Shown one piece after another: positions 52,350 through 64,000 of a stretch of 64,000 nt of DNA. This DNA comes from an uncultured Clostridia bacterium (lineage in GTDB: Bacteria > Bacillota > Clostridia > Christensenellales > Borkfalkiaceae). The position numbers and the translations under genes were made by a program. The stretch's first letter is position 1. Every line of letters starts with the position of its first letter. The notes beneath the pieces were generated by a model that was not told where the DNA came from, made no database searches, and saw only the letters and a program-made list of their open reading frames with translations. Location: assembly GCA_944341895.1 (NCBI GenBank), contig CALVMB010000001.1, positions 53,677-117,676 on the forward strand, written 5' to 3'.

Positions 52350-53048
52350 TCACACGATCTGCGCCAGGCGGAACCCGAGCAGGTCGCAGGAGGTGAGGCG
52401 GTATTCCACCCCGCCCAGAGTGCACGAAAAGGGATAGGCGCCCGCGAATTGGTGCAGATGCCCGTAGACGACGACGGACGCACCGCTCTTTTCGAACGCT
52501 TCGGTGAACAGCGAAGGCTCCCTGCGCGCGTTGAAGGGCGGATAATGGATCATGCAGATCAGTTTGTCCCCTTCCTGCCGCGCGCTTGCGGCGCTCTGCA
52601 GGGCGAGGCGGAAGCGCTCACCCTCGCGGCGGTAGATCTTTTCATCGGCGGGCGCAAAGTCCGCGCTGCCCGGGCATGTCCAGCCGCGCGAGCCGCAGAT
52701 GACCAGCCCGTCGAAGCGGACGCTGTCGTTCTGCAAAAAGAAAAAGGACGGATCGGGCGCGCTGCGGCGCAGGGCGGTGATGCCCGACCACCAGTAATCG
52801 TGGTTGCCGCGGATGAACACCTTTTTGCCGGGAAGATCGGACAGCGCGGCAAGATCGGGCAGGGCGTCGGCGAGGTTCATCGCCCAACTGATGTCGCCCG
52901 CGATGAGCACGACGTCCTCTTCCCCGACGCGCGCGCGCCAGTCCTCTTTGATTTTTTGCAGATGCCCCGCCCAGTTTCCGCCGAACACGTCCATCGGCTT
53001 ATCCTGGCCGCCGGGCAGGTGCAGATCGCTCACCGCAAAGACCTTCAT
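52350..53048 (-). CDS. Calcineurin-like metallophosphoesterase
   Basis: SDLH, GDISWA, GNHDYWW, HYPP, YGHLH. Confidence 0.92.
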   Translation of the reverse strand: MKVFAVSDLHLPGGQDKPMDVFGGNWAGHLQKIKEDWRARVGEEDVVLIAGDISWAMNLADALPDLAALSDLPGKKVFIRGNHDYWWSGITALRRSAPDPSFFFLQNDSVRFDGLVICGSRGWTCPGSADFAPADEKIYRREGERFRLALQSAASARQEGDKLICMIHYPPFNARREPSLFTEAFEKSGASVVVYGHLHQFAGAYPFSCTLGGVEYRLTSCDLLGFRLAQIV

Positions 53049-53260
53049 CCCCGTTCCGCCTGTCGTTTTGGGATATTGTACCACAAAACGGGCGCGTTTG
53101 AAAGCGTTTGCACGGGCGCGGCGGCATTTTTTCGCGCGCGGCGGGCGCAATAATCTTCCATATCGCACAGGGCGAAACTCTCGCGGCAGCAGTCACACAG
53201 ATGTCCGCCCCGCACGGGCGCGCCGCAGACGGCGCAATGCTTTTCCTGTTCGCTGTTCAT
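53045..53260 (-). CDS. Small putative zinc-ribbon protein (71 aa)
   Basis: SD AAGGAGG; MNSEQEKHCAVCGAPVRGGHLCDCC; stop overlaps the next start (ATGA). Confidence 0.5.
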   Translation of the reverse strand: MNSEQEKHCAVCGAPVRGGHLCDCCRESFALCDMEDYCARRARKNAAAPVQTLSNAPVLWYNIPKRQAERG

Positions 53261-53388
53261 CCTTCCCCTCCTTCCGTCGCCGAACGGCGCAGGCCCGAAG
53301 CCGCCCCGCGTTCGCCGTACCGCCGTCCGACGGCGGTAAAAAGAAAAAGCCGATACGCAAGTACCGGCTTTTTCGCGCATGCAAGCCT

Positions 53389-54057
53389 TTACTTGTTGCA
53401 GGTGTTGCAGCCGCAGGTGTTCCCCTGCGGGTACAGAGGCAGTTCGAAAAACCCCGCGCACACTTCCTGCGTATACTCCTGCGCGGGCGGAATGACGCAA
53501 TACCCGTACGTGGGAACGAGCAGGTCGACGTTGATCACGATCTTCAAAATGACGGTGATGCACATGTTGACCGTGAAGGTGTTGTTTTCCGCGTTGAAGG
53601 TGCCTTCGGGCGCGACCGCGCTGACCACGCACTGCACCTCGTACGGCATGATGGACGGCTGGGGCACGAACAGAATGACGTCCTCGCTGACGGTGACCGT
53701 CGCGCTCGCCTTGCCCTCGGTGCCGTTGGCGTCGGTATAGATGACCTCGACGGGGATGGAGACGGTCGCCTGCACGCGGGCGCAGTTGGCGCGGTCGGGC
53801 AGACGGTCCACCTGGAACGCCGTCACCGTGCCCGCAGAGGTGGTGCTGCGCGCGCTGATGAAGGTGAGCGGGTATGTAGGATTGGCGGGAACGGGGTCGG
53901 TCAGCGTAAGCACGATGCCGTCGCTCTGCCCCTGTTTGATGCAGGCGTCAAACACGCGCTGCGCCTGCAGACAGACCTTTTCGTTCAGCCCGCTGACGGG
54001 ATTGCCGCTGATGGGGCCGGGACATTTGTCCGTCTGAAAATTGGAGAAAAAGGACAT
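53389..54057 (-). CDS. Cys-rich, beta-rich protein, probable spore coat/exosporium component
   Basis: KVCLQAQRVFDAC, LLVPTYGYC, CGCNTC tail; SD GGAGG; sigK-like ACA...CATATATT upstream. Confidence 0.65.
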   Translation of the reverse strand: MSFFSNFQTDKCPGPISGNPVSGLNEKVCLQAQRVFDACIKQGQSDGIVLTLTDPVPANPTYPLTFISARSTTSAGTVTAFQVDRLPDRANCARVQATVSIPVEVIYTDANGTEGKASATVTVSEDVILFVPQPSIMPYEVQCVVSAVAPEGTFNAENNTFTVNMCITVILKIVINVDLLVPTYGYCVIPPAQEYTQEVCAGFFELPLYPQGNTCGCNTCNK

Positions 54058-54279
54058 TTTCAACCTCCGATCGTTAAAAATTGAACGAGAGAATGCGCCA
54101 TGCGTTCTCTATATTTCAATATATGAACGACGGGGCGCGCGTGTTACCCCGCGGCCGCAAGAGGCTCCGCGGGAAAGGCGCCCGCCCGCCAAAGCCCCGC
54201 GCGCTTTTCGGCAGGCAACGCGGGCGGCATGGACCGTGCCGCACGGAATACGGGTCGCGCGGGCGCGGGCGCGGGCGAT

Positions 54280-54591
54280 TCACGGCAGGCGGACGCGCTG
54301 GGTCGGATAGACGTAGTCGCACCCGTTCAGCCGCACAAACTGCTCCCGCGTGCAGCCGGAGGCGGCGCACACCGAATCCAGCGTGTCGCCCGCGCACACG
54401 GTATACTCCCTGCCGCCTTCGGGCGGCAGGATGAGGATGGCGCCTGCTGGCGGAAACTCTTTCAGCCCGTTTTCAGCGATGACCGCGGCGGGCGCACAGC
54501 CGAACGCGGCGCATACCGAAGCGAGCGTATCCCCCTTCCGCACGGCATACAGCCCGAGCGGATGTCTCTTTTCTTCCTGCAAGGCGATCAT
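54280..54591 (-). CDS. Tandem LysM-domain protein
   Basis: YAVRKGDTL...ENGL and YTVCAGDTL...LNG...YPTQ; SD GGGAGG. Confidence 0.8.
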   Translation of the reverse strand: MIALQEEKRHPLGLYAVRKGDTLASVCAAFGCAPAAVIAENGLKEFPPAGAILILPPEGGREYTVCAGDTLDSVCAASGCTREQFVRLNGCDYVYPTQRVRLP

Positions 54592-54613
54592 GGTTTTCCC
54601 TCCCGAACGTTGT

Positions 54614-54641
54614 ATTGTATGCGCGCGGCAAAAAAATATGC
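54614..54641 (-). promoter_or_regulatory. sigE-type sporulation promoter
   Basis: GCATATT...CATACAAT matches the SigE consensus. Confidence 0.7.
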
Positions 54642-54747
54642 GTCCGCGCAGGGCGCGGACAGGCGGCATATTCGCGGCGGGAGAGCGATATATATAGTAA
54701 GAATGACGACGGCGACGCCGCCCAGACGGCGGGCGCGAGGTGACAGA

Positions 54748-56250
54748 TTGAAGAGAGCAAACATTTACAGGACGGCGGCGTATGTGACGGCATTTTCGGT
54801 CGCCGAAAAATTTTTCGGGTTCGTGTACCGCATCGTCCTTTCGCGCACGCTCGGCTCCGAGGGCATGGGGCTGTACCAGACGGCGCTTTCGGTGTTCGCC
54901 GTGCTGGTGACGGCGGCGTCCTCGGGGGTGCCGCTGACCGTATCGCGGCTGATCACCAAATACCGCGCCAAAAACAATCCCGCGGCGCAGCAGTCCGTCG
55001 TCTCGGCGGCGCTCGTGTGCGTGCTGTGCTTTTCGGTTCCCCTCTTCCTGCTCCTCTTTTTCGGGCACGGGCTGTTCGATTTTCTCTTTTCCGACCCGCG
55101 GTGCATGGCGGTACTGCTCGTTCTGCTGCCCAGCCTCATCTTCAATTCGGTGTATTCGGTCATCCGCGGCGTGCTGTGGGGAAACAAGCAGTTCGTTCCC
55201 TATTGCGTGATCGACCTCGTCGAGGAACTGTGCATGATCGGCGCGGGCGTGCTCCTCGTCGTGCACGCGACGGACGTGTTCGACGGCGCGCGGCGGGTGG
55301 CGGCGGCGATCGCCTTTTCCTATTTCGTGTCCTTCGCGCTCGCGGGCATCTGGTATTTTGCCAAGGGCGGCAGGCTGCGTTCGCCGCGGCGGCAACTCAA
55401 GCCCCTGCTCTCCTCCGCCATGCCGCTGACCGCCATGCGCACCTCCGGCTCGCTCATCAACTCGGCGATCTCCCTGCTGCTGCCCGCGCGGCTGATCGCG
55501 GCGGGCATGACTTCGGGCGAAGCGATGAGCGAGATCGGCGTGGCGATGGGCATGAGCATGCCCGTGCTCGCCATCCCCGCGACGCTGATCGGCTCGCTCG
55601 CGCTCGTGATGGTGCCCGAACTTGCCGAAAACTATTTCCGCGGCCAGCATTCCCGCCTGCGCGCGAACATCGAAAAGGCGCTCAAAGTCACCGTGCTCAT
55701 CGCCTGCCTGCTCATCCCGCCGCTGTTCGTGCTGGGCGAGGACATCGGCGTTTTGCTCTTTTCCAGCGTACAGAGCGGGCAGATCATCCGCAACAGTTGC
55801 GTCATTCTTCTGCCGACCAGCATTGCCATGATCACGACCAGCATCCTCAATTCGCTGGGATACGAAAAGCAGACCTGCATCTACTTTTTCATCGGAGCAA
55901 TCGCCACCGTCGCGTGCGTGTGGTTCCTGCCCGCGCTGGTCGGCGTGTACGCCATCCTGCTCGGCACGGCGGCAAGCGCCGTCATCACCATGCTGCTCAA
56001 CCTGCGGCTGATCGGAAAAAAGAGCAAAGAAAAAGTGTGCTTTGCAAAGCACACCTGTCTTTCGGCACTGAGCATCCTGCCCGCCGTTTTATTCGGGACC
56101 TTTCTGCGCGGCGCGCTCGGCGCGGTCCTGCCGACCGCCGCCGCGTGCGTGCTGTGCGGGATCGTCCTGCTCGCCGCGGAAGCACTGTTCCTCGCCGCGC
56201 TCGGGCTCGCCAGGCCGCAGTGGCTGAAAATGCTGGTCAGGAGATCGTAA
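54748..56250 (+). CDS. spoVB: SpoVB/MurJ-like MOP flippase
   Basis: GFVYRIVLSRTLGSEGMGLYQ, GVPLTVSRL, many TM helices; TTG after GAGGTG (alternative ATG at 54703); sigE-like promoter. Confidence 0.75.
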   Translation: MKRANIYRTAAYVTAFSVAEKFFGFVYRIVLSRTLGSEGMGLYQTALSVFAVLVTAASSGVPLTVSRLITKYRAKNNPAAQQSVVSAALVCVLCFSVPLFLLLFFGHGLFDFLFSDPRCMAVLLVLLPSLIFNSVYSVIRGVLWGNKQFVPYCVIDLVEELCMIGAGVLLVVHATDVFDGARRVAAAIAFSYFVSFALAGIWYFAKGGRLRSPRRQLKPLLSSAMPLTAMRTSGSLINSAISLLLPARLIAAGMTSGEAMSEIGVAMGMSMPVLAIPATLIGSLALVMVPELAENYFRGQHSRLRANIEKALKVTVLIACLLIPPLFVLGEDIGVLLFSSVQSGQIIRNSCVILLPTSIAMITTSILNSLGYEKQTCIYFFIGAIATVACVWFLPALVGVYAILLGTAASAVITMLLNLRLIGKKSKEKVCFAKHTCLSALSILPAVLFGTFLRGALGAVLPTAAACVLCGIVLLAAEALFLAALGLARPQWLKMLVRRS

Positions 56251-56773
56251 ACCGCAGGTTGGAACGGTTGACCAGTTTCGCCAGCCCCACCGAGAGGACG
56301 GCGTTGACCGCCATGACGGGCACCTGCACGGGCAGGCGGATGAGCATGTACGACCAGAAGGAGACGTCGCGCGCCGCCATGAGGTACACGCCGAGAGTGT
56401 TGAGAAAGGCGGTCGTCGTCAGAAAACAGAGCAAGAACGAGATGAGCGTCTTGACGATCATGTTGCCGCGCATGTACGTCATGACGAGCCCGGGAATGAG
56501 CCCGAGCATGCCCGTGCCCAGCGAGATGAGCGGGTTGGGCGCATAACCTGCGATGAAACAGCCGACGGTGTCCCCCACGATCATGACGGTGAACCCGCCG
56601 ACGGGACCGAACAGCGCGCCCGAGAAAAACCCGACCGTCGCCGTGAACGAAAGTTTAAGCGCCGCTGTCAGATCGATGGAGACGGCGTTGATCACCACCG
56701 CGATCGCCGTGAATACGGCGAGATACGCGATCTTTTTCGCTGCCGAAAGGGACACGAACGTCTTTGTGAACAT
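56237..56773 (-). CDS. folT: Folate ECF transporter S component
   Basis: GALFGPVGG...D, LNTL, R.P motifs; THF riboswitch directly upstream; 3' end overlaps the convergent spoVB. Confidence 0.85.
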   Translation of the reverse strand: MFTKTFVSLSAAKKIAYLAVFTAIAVVINAVSIDLTAALKLSFTATVGFFSGALFGPVGGFTVMIVGDTVGCFIAGYAPNPLISLGTGMLGLIPGLVMTYMRGNMIVKTLISFLLCFLTTTAFLNTLGVYLMAARDVSFWSYMLIRLPVQVPVMAVNAVLSVGLAKLVNRSNLRFTIS

Positions 56774-56841
56774 AGAAAAAAACCTCCCTGTTTCTGGAGA
56801 GGTCCGCGGAAAAACAGTGCACCCGAACGGGCGGCTATCCT

Positions 56842-56937
56842 TGCAACGGACGCGCGTCGGCACCGCAGGGAACTTTCCCTTTCGTTTGCGAACAACGTCC
56901 CGTTTCGCAACACTTAACGCGCCTCGGCTACTCTGCA
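56842..56937 (-). promoter_or_regulatory. THF riboswitch
   Basis: GCAGAGUAG...GCGUUAAGUG...ACGGGACGUUG...ACGAAAAG...GCGGU...CGCGUCCGUUGC, followed by a terminator (ACCUCUC/GGGAGGU-U7). Confidence 0.9.
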
Positions 56938-57032
56938 TGTAATTGTCTCTATTATAGCCGCACCGCATCCGTTTGGCAAGCGTTCGGGGGCGGGCGCGGC
57001 ATATTTTTTTCGGCAAGCCGCATACTGTGGGC

Positions 57033-57722
57033 ATGGGACTGATTTTTTTGCGCACGGCGGTCATCTTTGTCGCCCTGCTCGTCGTGATGCGGCTGATGGG
57101 AAAGCGTCAGATCGGCGAGATGCAGCCCTTTGAACTGGTCATCACCCTGCTCATCGCCGAACTGGCATGCATCCCGATGGCGGATACTTCCATCCCCCTC
57201 CTGTACGGGATCGTCTCCGTCGTGACCATCTTTCTGCTGCACCAACTGATGCTGCTCGTCGACCTGCACTGGCGCCCGTTCAAAGCGGCGATCGGCGGAA
57301 AGCCTTCCGTCGTCATCAACCGCGACGGCATCGACATCGCGCAGTTGCGACGCAACAACCTCGACCTTTCCGACCTCATCGAGTCCATGCGCACGGCGGG
57401 ATTCTTTTCGCTGGACGAGGCGGCGTATGCGCTGTACGAGGCGAACGGTCAGTTCGCCGCCATGCCGCGCGAGGACGCCGAACGCGAGGACAAGGGTTCG
57501 CTGCCCCTGCTCATCCTCAACGACGGAAAGTACGAAAAAAACAACCTCAGACACAGCGGCACGGACGAGGCGTTTTTCGAGCGCATCCTGCGCGAACAGA
57601 ACGCGCGCCGCAAGGATGTGTTCGTGCTGACGCTGGACGGGACGGGCAAGATCTACATGCAGTGCAAGGGAGAAAGATTCCGCACCTTCCGCGTGCCGCT
57701 CCCGAAGGAGTGCGCATGGTAA
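57033..57722 (+). CDS. DUF421 (YetF/YrbG-like) membrane protein
   Basis: MRLMGKRQIGEMQPFELV, GKPSVVI, YEANG, LNDG; sigE-like GCATATT...CATACTGT upstream. Confidence 0.88.
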   Translation: MGLIFLRTAVIFVALLVVMRLMGKRQIGEMQPFELVITLLIAELACIPMADTSIPLLYGIVSVVTIFLLHQLMLLVDLHWRPFKAAIGGKPSVVINRDGIDIAQLRRNNLDLSDLIESMRTAGFFSLDEAAYALYEANGQFAAMPREDAEREDKGSLPLLILNDGKYEKNNLRHSGTDEAFFERILREQNARRKDVFVLTLDGTGKIYMQCKGERFRTFRVPLPKECAW

Positions 57723-58093
57723 AGACGCTCGTTTCCATCGCCGCGGCGCTCGCCCTTCTGCTTGCCGCGACTTTTTTCGAAATGCGGTTCGTGGACACGC
57801 AGTTCGAAAAATTCGGCGCCGCCGTCCTGTCGCTGGAAGAAAAGGTGCGCGGCGAAACGGCAAGCGCCGAGGACGGCAGAGCGGTGCAGACGCTCTGGGA
57901 AGCGGAAAAGAAAAAACTGCACGTCGTGGTGCCGCACGGCGACATCGCCTACATCGACTACTGGCTGAGCGAGGCGATCGGGTGCATCGAAACGGGGCAG
58001 TACGCGGACGCGCAGAGCAAACTGACCGTATTGCGCGAGATCTGCCGCCAGATCCCCGAATCATACGGCATCACCTTCGGCAACATTTTCTGA
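57716..58093 (+). CDS. DUF4363-like protein
   Basis: N-terminal TM, W......VVVPH.DI and C-terminal GNIF; usual partner of DUF421. Confidence 0.75.
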   Translation: MVKTLVSIAAALALLLAATFFEMRFVDTQFEKFGAAVLSLEEKVRGETASAEDGRAVQTLWEAEKKKLHVVVPHGDIAYIDYWLSEAIGCIETGQYADAQSKLTVLREICRQIPESYGITFGNIF

Positions 58094-58208
58094 CCCGCCC
58101 GCCGTCCCCGCGCGCCTAATAGTCCCCCACAATTACCAGAATTTTGCTTTTTGGTGCATTTATGCGTGACATAGTACTATGAAAACGCACAAAACAACTG
58201 TACGATTG

Positions 58209-58250
58209 GCAAAAACCGGGCTGTCACAAACGTGACTGCCCGGTTTTTGC
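58209..58250. terminator. Bidirectional intrinsic terminator after uvrA
   Basis: GCAAAAACCGGGC...GCCCGGTTTTTGC inverted repeat. Confidence 0.8.
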
Positions 58251-58253
58251 GGT

Positions 58254-61076
58254 TCAATGTTTGGGCAGGATGCGCGCCAGGAACTGCCCCGTATAACTGT
58301 TTTCGCAGGCGGCGACCGTTTCGGGCGTGCCGCACACGAGCACCTCGCCGCCGCCGTCGCCCCCCTCTTTGCCGAGGTCGACGATCCAGTCGGCGATCTT
58401 GATGACGTCGAGATTGTGTTCGATGACGATGACGGTGTTCCCCGCGCCGCGCAATCTCTGCAAAATTTTGACGAGTTTGTCCACGTCGTACGAATGCAGA
58501 CCCGTCGTCGGTTCGTCCAGGATGTAGCAGGTCTTGCCCGTGGAGCGGCGGGACAGTTCGGTGGCGAGTTTGACGCGCTGTGCCTCCCCGCCCGAAAGCG
58601 TGGTTGCGCTCTGCCCGAGTTTGATATAGCCCAGCCCCACGTCGTCGATGGTCTTGAGTTTGTTGTAGATGCCCGGCACGGGCTGGAAAAATTCGCACGC
58701 CTCTTCGATGGTCATTTCCAAAACGTCGGAAATGTTCTTGCCCTTGTAGCGCACTTCCAGCGTCTCGCGGTTGTAGCGCTTGCCGCCGCACACCTCGCAG
58801 GGAACGAAGATATCGGGAAGGAAGTGCATCTCGATCTTGATGATGCCGTCGCCGAAGCAGTGTTCGCACCGCCCGCCCGAAACGTTGAAGGAGAAGCGCC
58901 CCGCCTTGTAGCCGCGCTCGCGCGCGTCCGCCGTGGCAGCGAACAGTTCGCGGATCATGGTGAACACGCCCGTATAGGTGGCGGGATTGCTGCGCGGCGT
59001 CCTGCCGATGGGCATCTGGTCGATGGCGATGACTTTATCGAAATATTCCATCCCCTCGCACCCGTCGCACTTGCCCTGCTGCAGGTGCGCGCCGTTGAGC
59101 GCGTTCGCCAGCAACGGATAGACGATCTCGTTGACGAGCGAACTCTTGCCCGAGCCCGAAACGCCCGTGACGGCGGTGATCAGCCCGACGGGGAACTGCA
59201 CGTCGATGTTTTTAAGGTTGTTCTGGCGGCACCCGCGCACCGTGAAGAAGCGCCCGTCGGGCGGGGTGCGCACGGGCGGGATCTCGATCTTGCGCCGCCC
59301 CGCGAGGTAGTCGCCCGTCAGCGAATTTGCCGCGTTCATGATGTCCTGCACGCTCCCGCAGGCGACCACTTCCCCGCCGTGCACGCCCGCGCGGGGACCG
59401 ATGTCCACGATGTAATCGGCGGCGCGCGCCGTGTCCTCGTCGTGTTCGACGACGATGAGGGTGTTGCCGAGGTCGCGCAGGCGGCAGAGCGCATCCAGCA
59501 GTTTTTCGTTGTCGCGCTGGTGCAGGCCGATGCTGGGCTCGTCGAGGATGTACAGCACCCCCGCCAGCCCGCTCCCGATCTGAGTGGCGAGGCGGATGCG
59601 CTGGGACTCCCCGCCCGACAGCGTGCCCGCCGAACGGGAGAGGTTGAGGTAGGACAGCCCGACGTTGCGCAGGAAATTGAGGCGCGCGCGGATCTCTTTC
59701 AGAATCAGCCCCGCGATGCGCAGTTCGGTCTGCGTCAGTTCCAGCCGATCGATAAAATCGTACAGATCGTCCACGGACAGATCGCACAGTTCGGCGATGT
59801 TCCTGCCGCCGACCGTGACCGCGAGCGCCTCGGGGCGCAGGCGCTTGCCGCCGCACACCGCGCAATCGGACGTGCGCATGTACCGCTCGATGTCCCAGCG
59901 CACGCCGTCCGACTGCGTCTGGTCGTAGCGGCGCTGCAAGTTGACGGCGAACCCTTCCCACGCCGTCTTGTAACTGCCCGAAAAGCGGTAGGCGTTGTAT
60001 TCGAGATCGATCTTTTCGCCGCCGTTGCCGTACATGAGCATGTCGTACACCGATTGCGGCAGGTCTTTGACGGGCACGTCCAGCGAAAAGCCGTACACCT
60101 TGGACAGCGAAGTGAGATACATCTGCGTCATCGCCGAAGAATCGAGATTCCAGCCGCTGATCCTGATCGCGCCCTCGCGCAGTGTCTTGGTCTTATCGGG
60201 GCAGATGAGGTCGGGATCGATGGAGCGCTTGAACCCCAGTCCCGAGCATTCGGGGCAGGCGCCGTACGGGGTGTTGAAGGAGAACAGACGCGGCTCGATC
60301 TCCTCGATGTTGATGTTGCAGTCGGGGCAGGCGTATCTGACCGAATACAGGTCCTCCTTTCCCCCGCAGTCGATGACGACCAGCCCGTCCGCCAGTTTGA
60401 GCGCCGCCTCGACGCTGTCCGCGAGGCGCTTGCGCACGCCCTCCTTGACGACGAGACGGTCGACGACGACGGACACGTCGTGCTTGACGTTCTTGTCCAG
60501 TTTGATGTCTTCCTGCAGGTCGTAGACGATGCCGTCCACCTTGACCCTGCCATACCCGCTCTTGCGGAAGGATTCGAAGTTCTTGACGAACTCCCCCTTT
60601 CTGCCGCGCACGACGGGCGCGTTGACGAGGATCTTGCTCCCTTCCGGCATGGCGAGCACCTTGTCCACGATCTCGTCCACCGTCTGGCGGCGGATCTCCC
60701 GCCCGCACTGCGGGCAGTGCGGGATGCCGATGCGCGCAAACAGCAGGCGCATGTAGTCGTAGATCTCGGTGACCGTGCCCACCGTCGAACGCGGGTTGTG
60801 CGAGGTGGTCTTCTGGTCGATGGAAATGGCGGGCGAAAGCCCGTCGATGGACTCGACGTCCGGTTTTTCCATCTGTCCCAGGAACTGGCGCGCATACGAG
60901 GAAAGGCTCTCCACGTAGCGGCGCTGTCCCTCGGCAAAGATGGTATCGAAGGCGAGCGTGGATTTCCCGCTGCCCGAAACGCCCGTGAACACGGTGAGTT
61001 TGTTGCGCGGGATGTGCACGTCGATGTTTTTCAGATTGTTCTCTTTTGCGCCCTTGACAAAAATTTCGTCTTTCAT
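58254..61076 (-). CDS. uvrA: Excinuclease ABC subunit A
   Basis: Two GVSGSGKS motifs, two LSGGE signatures, zinc fingers. Confidence 0.98.
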   Translation of the reverse strand: MKDEIFVKGAKENNLKNIDVHIPRNKLTVFTGVSGSGKSTLAFDTIFAEGQRRYVESLSSYARQFLGQMEKPDVESIDGLSPAISIDQKTTSHNPRSTVGTVTEIYDYMRLLFARIGIPHCPQCGREIRRQTVDEIVDKVLAMPEGSKILVNAPVVRGRKGEFVKNFESFRKSGYGRVKVDGIVYDLQEDIKLDKNVKHDVSVVVDRLVVKEGVRKRLADSVEAALKLADGLVVIDCGGKEDLYSVRYACPDCNINIEEIEPRLFSFNTPYGACPECSGLGFKRSIDPDLICPDKTKTLREGAIRISGWNLDSSAMTQMYLTSLSKVYGFSLDVPVKDLPQSVYDMLMYGNGGEKIDLEYNAYRFSGSYKTAWEGFAVNLQRRYDQTQSDGVRWDIERYMRTSDCAVCGGKRLRPEALAVTVGGRNIAELCDLSVDDLYDFIDRLELTQTELRIAGLILKEIRARLNFLRNVGLSYLNLSRSAGTLSGGESQRIRLATQIGSGLAGVLYILDEPSIGLHQRDNEKLLDALCRLRDLGNTLIVVEHDEDTARAADYIVDIGPRAGVHGGEVVACGSVQDIMNAANSLTGDYLAGRRKIEIPPVRTPPDGRFFTVRGCRQNNLKNIDVQFPVGLITAVTGVSGSGKSSLVNEIVYPLLANALNGAHLQQGKCDGCEGMEYFDKVIAIDQMPIGRTPRSNPATYTGVFTMIRELFAATADARERGYKAGRFSFNVSGGRCEHCFGDGIIKIEMHFLPDIFVPCEVCGGKRYNRETLEVRYKGKNISDVLEMTIEEACEFFQPVPGIYNKLKTIDDVGLGYIKLGQSATTLSGGEAQRVKLATELSRRSTGKTCYILDEPTTGLHSYDVDKLVKILQRLRGAGNTVIVIEHNLDVIKIADWIVDLGKEGGDGGGEVLVCGTPETVAACENSYTGQFLARILPKH

Positions 61077-61206
61077 GCCCTGTCACTCCGTCCTTTGCGC
61101 GCGGAACGGGTCCGTTCGCGCGCGTCGTCTGCCGCAATGTTTGCCGCCTTGCGGCCGCCGCGTCCCGCGGGGCTGCCCGCCCTGCCGCGCGCCCGCCCGA
61201 TGCGGC

Positions 61207-63168
<1,962 letters not shown>

Positions 63169-63183
63169 AGCGTTCTCCGTTTG

Positions 63184-63231
63184 CGAACAAATGTTCGATA
63201 CCATTATACACCGTCCGCGGCGCGCTGTCAA
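63184..63231 (-). promoter_or_regulatory. sigA promoter with LexA/DinR SOS box
   Basis: TTGACA-17-TATAAT, then CGAACATTTGTTCG (63184-63197) over the start site. Confidence 0.92.
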
Positions 63232-63281
63232 CCGCGCGCGGGAACAAAAAAGAGCAATGCCGACGCATTGCCCCTCGGGGA

Positions 63282-63641
63282 TCAGGAAAAGATGCCGCGC
63301 AGGATCATGCCGACGACAAAGGTGATGACGGCGCCACCGACGGCGAGGATGACCTTGAACGTGACGGTGCGGCGGACCTGCTGGGCAGAACGTTTGTACG
63401 CCACGCCGTTCTGGTGCAGCGTGATGACGTACAGTTTTTCGCCCTTGCGGTCGGATTCGATGAGGTCGAAATAGTCGTCCAGTTCCAGCGAACGCAGGAT
63501 CTTTTCCACGCGCTCGGGGGTATATTTTCGTTTTTCGGGGAGGATGCTCATGATCTCGAGCGGGCTGACAAGGCAACTTTCCCTGCCGTCGCACATGTCG
63601 TAGACCGCGCGCATGACCTCGTTTTCCTGTTTGTTCAGCAT
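63282..63641 (-). CDS. Hypothetical protein: winged-helix-like domain plus C-terminal TM helix
   Basis: [11 protein letters not shown]...YVITLHQNG pattern; hydrophobic tail; SD AGGGG. Confidence 0.7.
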   Translation of the reverse strand: MLNKQENEVMRAVYDMCDGRESCLVSPLEIMSILPEKRKYTPERVEKILRSLELDDYFDLIESDRKGEKLYVITLHQNGVAYKRSAQQVRRTVTFKVILAVGGAVITFVVGMILRGIFS

Positions 63642-63656
63642 GAAAATTCCCCTGCC

Positions 63657-64000
63657 TCAGAGAAAAAATGCGAGGATGAGGCCCGCCGCGAGGGCGCCGA
63701 TCAGCCCGCCCGCCAGGCCGCCGAAAAAGCCGTAGAGAAAACTGCGGCGGGAGGCCTGCCTGCCCTTGGTCTCGTCCACCGCCGCGCGCTCGGCGTACGT
63801 CCTGCCCTTGGGGAGGGAACAGACGCAGTAGGTGCCGCGGTCGCTGTATTTGATGTCGATGTAACCGCGTTCGGCGAGGTAGCGCAGCGCGTTGCCCACC
63901 CCCGCTTCGTCCGTATGCACGCGCGCGGGGAACGCCGCGAGGAAGTCGGCCGCTTCGAGAACTTTATACGAACCGTCCGTCTGCGCGTTGACGTAATCGA
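63657..64000 (-). CDS. Hypothetical protein (5'-truncated): winged-helix-like domain plus C-terminal TM helix
   Basis: Frame open to the window edge; [15 protein letters not shown]...SLPKGR; Gly-rich TM tail. Confidence 0.7.
   Translation of the reverse strand, partial: DYVNAQTDGSYKVLEAADFLAAFPARVHTDEAGVGNALRYLAERGYIDIKYSDRGTYCVCSLPKGRTYAERAAVDETKGRQASRRSFLYGFFGGLAGGLIGALAAGLILAFFL

Overview
GC-rich chromosomal core region of a spore-forming Firmicute (Clostridia; gene content suggests a Christensenellales-like gut lineage, which is inference only). Almost all genes lie on the minus strand. In transcription order, from the right edge: two small tail-anchored proteins; uvrB-uvrA with a LexA/DinR box; a sporulation-type patch (DUF421/DUF4363, SpoVB-like flippase, LysM and Cys-rich proteins with sigE/sigK-like promoters) interrupted by a THF riboswitch-folT unit; pyrR-B-C-E-F-K-D; an Fe-ADH; two related unknown proteins, one ending in a uL15-like domain; GH43; rubrerythrin; an F1Fo ATP synthase operon with a half-size delta; an aconitase-family hydratase and a Zn-macrodomain; an ABC importer behind an unrecognised attenuator; HAD; mscL; a candidate ncRNA; a pur operon (no purF, in-frame TGA in purC); nrdR-ispG; a polymerase-less PolC derivative; rimP-nusA-ylxR-ylxQ-infB-rbfA-nrnA-truB-ribF-nfo; Xaa-Pro peptidase and efp. 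I saw no mobile element, CRISPR array, tRNA or rRNA. The best candidates for new biology are (1) the membrane-anchored uL15-domain protein and its paralogous neighbour, (2) the PolC-derived stand-alone exonuclease with a clamp-binding motif, (3) the riboswitch-like leader of the ABC importer, and (4) the ~200-nt RNA between mscL and the pur operon. All calls come from reading the sequence; no searches were run.
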